This document shows positions 59,545 to 64,000 of a DNA stretch of 64,000 nt, one piece after another. Made by a program: the position numbers and the translations under genes. The stretch lies in assembly GCA_964374105.1 (NCBI GenBank), contig CAYJXI010000004.1, positions 13,202-77,201 on the forward strand, given 5' to 3'. The stretch is from an uncultured Planctomycetales bacterium. Its GTDB lineage: Bacteria; Omnitrophota; Gorgyraeia; Zapsychrales; JANLHA01. Under the pieces are notes generated by a model. That model was given only the letters and a program-made list of their open reading frames with translations. It had not been told where the DNA came from and searched no databases. How positions within the stretch are numbered: position 1 is the first letter of the stretch; each line of letters opens with the position of its first letter.

Positions 59545-59700
59545 ATGATCGATGAAGAATTATTAAAGATACTAGCTTGTCCTGCCTGCAAATCTGAGGT
59601 GGAGTTAAAAAATGAAAAGATCATCTGTAAACGGTGTGGTCGTAAATATCCTATCCGGGAGGGGATTCCGGTTATGCTAGTTGATGAGGCAGAAAAGTAG
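59545..59700 (+). CDS. Trm112/YcaR-family small zinc-ribbon protein
   Basis: LLKILACPACKSEVE...ICKRCGRKYPIREGIPVMLVDEA. The track uses GTG 59512; ATG 59545 with AAGGAAAGGA upstream is preferred. Confidence 0.65.
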   Translation: MIDEELLKILACPACKSEVELKNEKIICKRCGRKYPIREGIPVMLVDEAEK

Positions 59701-59746
59701 GACAAAGATCATCAAATTAAATTTCCAAACACAAAGGTGATTAACA

Positions 59747-60187
59747 TTGAAAAAGATATTAGTCATTCATGGGCCTAATCTGCATCTTTTAGGTCAACGT
59801 GAGAAAGATATTTATGGCACGGTCACTTTAGAGGAAATCAATGATAAGCTAAAGCAAGTGGCTAAACGCCATGCTGTTCACCTAAAGATTGTCCAATCCA
59901 ATCATGAAGGTGAAATTGTAGAAACTATAGGGAAGGCTAAACACGATCGTTTCAAGGCCATATTGATCAATCCGGCGGCTTATACCCATACCAGCATCGC
60001 CATTCGAGATGCTTTATTAGCGGTCAATTTACCAACGGTTGAAGTCCATCTGTCCAATATCCATTCCCGAGAAGATTTTCGGAAGAATTCGATGGTTGCA
60101 CCCGTCAGCCATGGTCAGATCATTGGTTTTGGATATTACAGTTATATCCTTGGGTTGGAGGCCGTCATTCATATTCTTGACCATTAA
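59747..60187 (+). CDS. aroQ: 3-dehydroquinate dehydratase, type II
   Basis: [35 protein letters not shown] are canonical DHQase II motifs. Confidence 0.85.
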   Translation: MKKILVIHGPNLHLLGQREKDIYGTVTLEEINDKLKQVAKRHAVHLKIVQSNHEGEIVETIGKAKHDRFKAILINPAAYTHTSIAIRDALLAVNLPTVEVHLSNIHSREDFRKNSMVAPVSHGQIIGFGYYSYILGLEAVIHILDH

Positions 60188-60290
60188 TTTTTTTAGGATT
60201 TCTTGATCTACTAATATCGACATTTTATAAAAACAGAATATTGTGATATCTCCCTAAGATCAAATCGCCTAATTTTGAATTGACATCCGC

Positions 60291-61346
60291 ATGGGGAATT
60301 GTGTGAATGAACGAATAGAAAATTTAATTAAGAAACTCAAAGAATATCATCTGGATGCTTATCTTGTTACTCATGACATTAATATATCCTATCTCACTAG
60401 ATTCCCTGCCTCTGAATCGTGGTTATTGATTTTTCCCTCTAAAATTTTTTATATCACTGACTTCCGTTATGTTTGGGAAGCCAAGAAAGGTCTTCACGGT
60501 ATTAAGGTTAAACAGTATAGGCGATCGGCAATCGATGTTCTATTTAAGTTAATTCGTTCTCAGTATGCCAAACGTTTAGGATATGACGACCGGCATATTT
60601 CATTGGATCTGTATAAAAGAATAAAAAAGGTATGCCCTTCCACAGTCCAATTGGTGGTTAAGAATAACATTGTCGAAGAATTACGAGCGATCAAGTCTAG
60701 AGAAGAAATACAAAAGATCCGTGGTTGTCTTAAACTTCAACTTAAAGCCTATCAGTTTTTAAAAAGAGTTGTTAAACCAGGGCTAACAGAAAAAGAAATT
60801 TTTTTAAAATTAGAAGAGTTCGTCAAATCAAAAAAAGCGGCGTTCTCTTTTAACCCCATCATTGCCTCAGGACCCAATTCTTGTTTTCCCCATGCCAAAA
60901 TCACTGATCGTAAGATCAAAAATAATGAATCGGTCTTGATCGATATGGGAATTGAAAGGGAAGGTTATAAGTCCGACTTGACACGTATGTTCTTTTTAGG
61001 TAAAATAGCGCCTCTTGTGCAGAAAGTCAATGATATTGTATTCATGGCACAGAAAAAGGCCATAGCCAAGATTAGGCCCAATATCAAAGCTTGTCATATC
61101 GATCAGGAGGCACGTAACTATCTAAAAAAAAACAAGTTAGCAGAATTCTTTGGCCATTCTTTAGGCCATGGGGTGGGATTAGAAATCCATGAATGGCCTC
61201 GTATCTCGCAAAAGAGTACCGCTATCCTTAAAGAGGGCATGATATTTACCGTTGAGCCAGCCGTTTACATTCCAAATAAATTTGGCGTTCGTATTGAAGA
61301 TATGATTCTTGTCACAAAAGACGGATGTGAAGTCTTAAGCAATTAA
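60291..61346 (+). CDS. pepP: Xaa-Pro aminopeptidase / M24B-family peptidase
   Basis: N-terminal creatinase-like domain and a C-terminal pita-bread domain with metal ligands (D..D, HSLGHGVGLEIHE, E..E). Confidence 0.75.
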   Translation: MGNCVNERIENLIKKLKEYHLDAYLVTHDINISYLTRFPASESWLLIFPSKIFYITDFRYVWEAKKGLHGIKVKQYRRSAIDVLFKLIRSQYAKRLGYDDRHISLDLYKRIKKVCPSTVQLVVKNNIVEELRAIKSREEIQKIRGCLKLQLKAYQFLKRVVKPGLTEKEIFLKLEEFVKSKKAAFSFNPIIASGPNSCFPHAKITDRKIKNNESVLIDMGIEREGYKSDLTRMFFLGKIAPLVQKVNDIVFMAQKKAIAKIRPNIKACHIDQEARNYLKKNKLAEFFGHSLGHGVGLEIHEWPRISQKSTAILKEGMIFTVEPAVYIPNKFGVRIEDMILVTKDGCEVLSN

Positions 61347-61424
61347 CATCCTCAAAAAGTCCGTTTTTGACCTGATTTCTAATTTTTAAAAGTGTTTTCA
61401 AGGTAAAGAACAGGAGAGACATTC

Positions 61425-61991
61425 ATGGCAATCGGTATCAACGAGATCAATACCGGTATTGGTCTTAAAATCAACGATGAAATTTACCTCGTTACAGAAT
61501 ATCATCATGTTAAACCAGGAAAGGGAAGTGCTTTTGTTAGAGTACGGTTAAGAAGCTTAAAAAATGATGCCATGTTAGAAAGGACATTCCGCTCATCGGA
61601 TAAGCTAGAAGATGTAAATTTAGAAGAAAAGAAATTTGAATTTTTGTACCGTTCCGGTAACATTTTTCATTTTATGGATCACTCAACTTATGAAGGAGTG
61701 GTTATCACCCAAGATCAAATCGGAGAAGGCGCTAATTTCCTTTTGGAAAATCTTCAAGTGGAGGGATTGACTTATAACAACAAAGTTCTTAAAGTCATTT
61801 TACCTAATTTTATAGTGGCAAAGATTGTTGAGTCAGAGCCCGGGATTCGCGGAGATTCAACAAAATTAGGGACCAAACCCGCCAAGATTGAGACAGGAGC
61901 GATTATTCAAGTGCCACTTTTTATCAATACGGATGATTGGGTTAAAATCGATACCCGAACCGGTGAATACGTCGAGAGGGTACAAAAATGA
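61425..61991 (+). CDS. efp: Elongation factor P
   Basis: 188 aa; KPGKGSAFVRVRLRSL loop containing the conserved modifiable Lys. Confidence 0.9.
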   Translation: MAIGINEINTGIGLKINDEIYLVTEYHHVKPGKGSAFVRVRLRSLKNDAMLERTFRSSDKLEDVNLEEKKFEFLYRSGNIFHFMDHSTYEGVVITQDQIGEGANFLLENLQVEGLTYNNKVLKVILPNFIVAKIVESEPGIRGDSTKLGTKPAKIETGAIIQVPLFINTDDWVKIDTRTGEYVERVQK

Positions 61992-62446
61992 ATTTCAAAG
62001 AAATCAAAGAATTAATTAATCTGATGAATGAAAATGAATTAACGGAGATTGAAATCGAAAGAGAAGGTACTAAGATCAAAATTAAAAAATCGATTCAAGA
62101 ATATGGAGAACCAGTAGTTCGACAACCGGTGGAATACACTGTCACAACTCAATCCCCACTCGCTTTAAATCAAGAAACCCCGCAGTCACCAAGCACAACC
62201 AAAAATACAAAAGCCATTGTCTCTCCCATGGTCGGAACTTTTTACCGAGCTCCCTCACCGGAAGCTCCACCTTTTGTAGAGGTGGGTCAGATTGTGGAAG
62301 TCGGGCAGGTTGTTTGCATCGTTGAGGCCATGAAACTTATGAATGAAATCAAATCAGAAGTTCGTGGGAAAGTCATTGAAGTCGCTGTAGAAAATGCTGA
62401 ACCAGTGGAGTTTGGTCAAACGATATTTATTTTAGAACCAATTTAA
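61988..62446 (+). CDS. accB: Biotin carboxyl carrier protein of acetyl-CoA carboxylase
   Basis: C-terminal biotinyl domain with EAMKLMNEI (biotin-attachment Lys); overlaps the efp stop by 4 nt. Confidence 0.85.
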   Translation: MNFKEIKELINLMNENELTEIEIEREGTKIKIKKSIQEYGEPVVRQPVEYTVTTQSPLALNQETPQSPSTTKNTKAIVSPMVGTFYRAPSPEAPPFVEVGQIVEVGQVVCIVEAMKLMNEIKSEVRGKVIEVAVENAEPVEFGQTIFILEPI

Positions 62447-62477
62447 ATCAAACAAGTTTAACCCCTCCATCATTATT

Positions 62478-63836
62478 ATGTTTTCAAAGATTCTTATAGC
62501 CAATCGCGGTGAGATCGCATTAAGAATCATACGGGCCTGCCGTGAATTGAATATCCGCACCGTAGCGGTTTATTCAGAAGCGGACCGCAACTCTTTACAT
62601 GTCCGTTTTGCCGATGAAGCAGTTTGTATAGGTCCGGCTCCCAGCGTTGATAGTTATCTCAATATCCCTGCCGTTATTTCTGCTGCTGAAATAACCGATG
62701 TGGAAGCTATTCACCCCGGCTATGGTTTTCTTGCAGAAAATGCCCACTTTGCCGAAATTTGTGAATCATGTAATATTTCCTTTATAGGTCCCACACCTGA
62801 GACTATTCGTCTCATGGGAGATAAAGTTACCGCCAGAGAAACTGTTCGTAAGATGGGCATGCCACTTACCCCGGGAAGTAAGGGAGTGGTGAAAGATCAA
62901 AAAGAAGCTTTAGAAGTTGCCAAAAAGATCAAGTATCCTGTCATTATCAAGGCGGCAGCAGGAGGAGGAGGAAAAGGAATGAGGGTATGCCATAATGATG
63001 TGAGTTTGACTGGATCCTTTGTTATGGCTCAAAAGGAAGCATCAGCTAATTTTAAAAATGATGACATCTATATTGAGAGATATATTTCGGAACCACGGCA
63101 TATCGAATTTCAGATTTTAGCCGATAAATATGGTAATATAATTCATCTGGGTGAACGTGATTGCAGTATCCAGCGTAGACACCAGAAATTGCTCGAAGAA
63201 TCACCCTCCCCAGGTTTAGATAGTAAACTGCGAAAAAAAATGGGTGAACTTGCCGTGAAGGTAGCCAAGGCGGTCAATTATCGAGGGGTAGGAACAATTG
63301 AGTTCCTCTTGGATTCCAATGGGGATTTCTACTTTATGGAAATGAATACCCGTATTCAAGTGGAACATCCTGTGACAGAGGCGGTCACGGGAATTGATCT
63401 TGTTAAAGAACAGATTATGATTGCTAACGGAGTTAAACTCAAATTAAAACAGGATGATATCAGATTCCAGGGAGCGGCTTTGGAATGTCGGGTTAACGCC
63501 GAAGATCCTTTGAATAATTTTATTCCGTGTCCGGGAAAGATTGAAGAATTGAATATCCCAGGCGGGTTTGGGGTGAGGGTTGATACCCATATTTATCAAG
63601 GTTATATGATCAGTCCCTATTATGATTCGATGCTGGCCAAATTGATTGTCCATGGGAAAACGCGTTTGGAAGCAATTAAAATTATGAGACGGGCGCTGGG
63701 GGAGTTTTATATCAGCCCCATCAAAACCACAATTGGATTACATAGTCAGATACTTGAACATCCTCTTTTTGTTCAGGGGGACATTTCAACGCATTTTATT
63801 GAGAAAATTTTAAAGAGTGAAGAAATGAATAAATAA
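62478..63836 (+). CDS. accC: Biotin carboxylase
   Basis: ATP-grasp fold; [12 protein letters not shown]-like N-terminus, GGGGKGM glycine loop; 452 aa. Confidence 0.9.
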   Translation: MFSKILIANRGEIALRIIRACRELNIRTVAVYSEADRNSLHVRFADEAVCIGPAPSVDSYLNIPAVISAAEITDVEAIHPGYGFLAENAHFAEICESCNISFIGPTPETIRLMGDKVTARETVRKMGMPLTPGSKGVVKDQKEALEVAKKIKYPVIIKAAAGGGGKGMRVCHNDVSLTGSFVMAQKEASANFKNDDIYIERYISEPRHIEFQILADKYGNIIHLGERDCSIQRRHQKLLEESPSPGLDSKLRKKMGELAVKVAKAVNYRGVGTIEFLLDSNGDFYFMEMNTRIQVEHPVTEAVTGIDLVKEQIMIANGVKLKLKQDDIRFQGAALECRVNAEDPLNNFIPCPGKIEELNIPGGFGVRVDTHIYQGYMISPYYDSMLAKLIVHGKTRLEAIKIMRRALGEFYISPIKTTIGLHSQILEHPLFVQGDISTHFIEKILKSEEMNK

Positions 63837-63933
63837 CTCTGATTTTGACTTTCGTGAAGATGAAATAATTTTATAATTGTTCCTGAAACGGGATGTGGAA
63901 TGAAAGTTAAGAAAAATTTGAAAGGAATCCAAC

Positions 63934-64000
63934 ATGAATGAATTTAATAAAGTTGACCTGGGGGCTATTACTATTCATAAAAACGTGATTGCTGAGATTG
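63934..64000 (+). CDS. 5' end of an Asp23/Gls24-like (alkaline shock protein family) gene, truncated by the window end
   Basis: MNEFNKVDLGAITIHKNVIAEI resembles the Asp23 N-terminus; AAAGGAA lies upstream. Only 22 codons are visible. Confidence 0.3.
   Translation, partial: MNEFNKVDLGAITIHKNVIAEI

Overview
This is an AT-rich bacterial chromosome segment of about 64 kb in which every supportable gene lies on the + strand. In order it contains a 5'-truncated obg, proB, proA, nadD, a phosphohexomutase and plsC. Next comes a giant 3052-aa ORF (6424-15582) encoding a signal-peptide-bearing protein built from repeated modules. This is followed by rpsA, tyrS, and then the complete conserved translation and transcription supercluster. 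That supercluster runs tRNA-Thr(GGT), rpmG, tRNA-Trp(CCA), secE, nusG, rplKAJL, rpoBC, rpsLG, fusA and tuf, then the S10, spc and alpha operons up to rplQ. No L30 gene sits between rpsE and rplO. Downstream are an aminotransferase, an orphan pilT, an isocitrate/isopropylmalate-dehydrogenase-family gene, lipB with a stand-alone lipoyl-domain protein, and a glycolipid/lipid A acyltransferase cluster (GT28 MGDG-synthase-like, LpxL-like, GT2). The window ends with a TonB-like protein, DUF1844, Trm112-like, aroQ, pepP, efp, accB, accC and a 3'-truncated Asp23-like start. I found no CRISPR array, transposase or integrase. The outstanding feature is the giant ORF, which has duplicated super-modules: HExxH-motif modules, RNAP-alpha-CTD-like HhH modules and an unknown 190-aa module, followed by a beta-propeller-like region and a long region of unknown function. 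Secondary oddities are GC-rich hairpin elements in several intergenic spacers. These include a 16-bp perfect inverted repeat splitting rpsN from rpsH and a triple hairpin between proB and proA. Other oddities are a 59-nt rpoC/rpsL overlap, a G10 homopolymer inside rpoA, and extended forms of S5, L17 and L7/L12. All calls rest on reading the six-frame translations and motifs by eye; no database search was possible.
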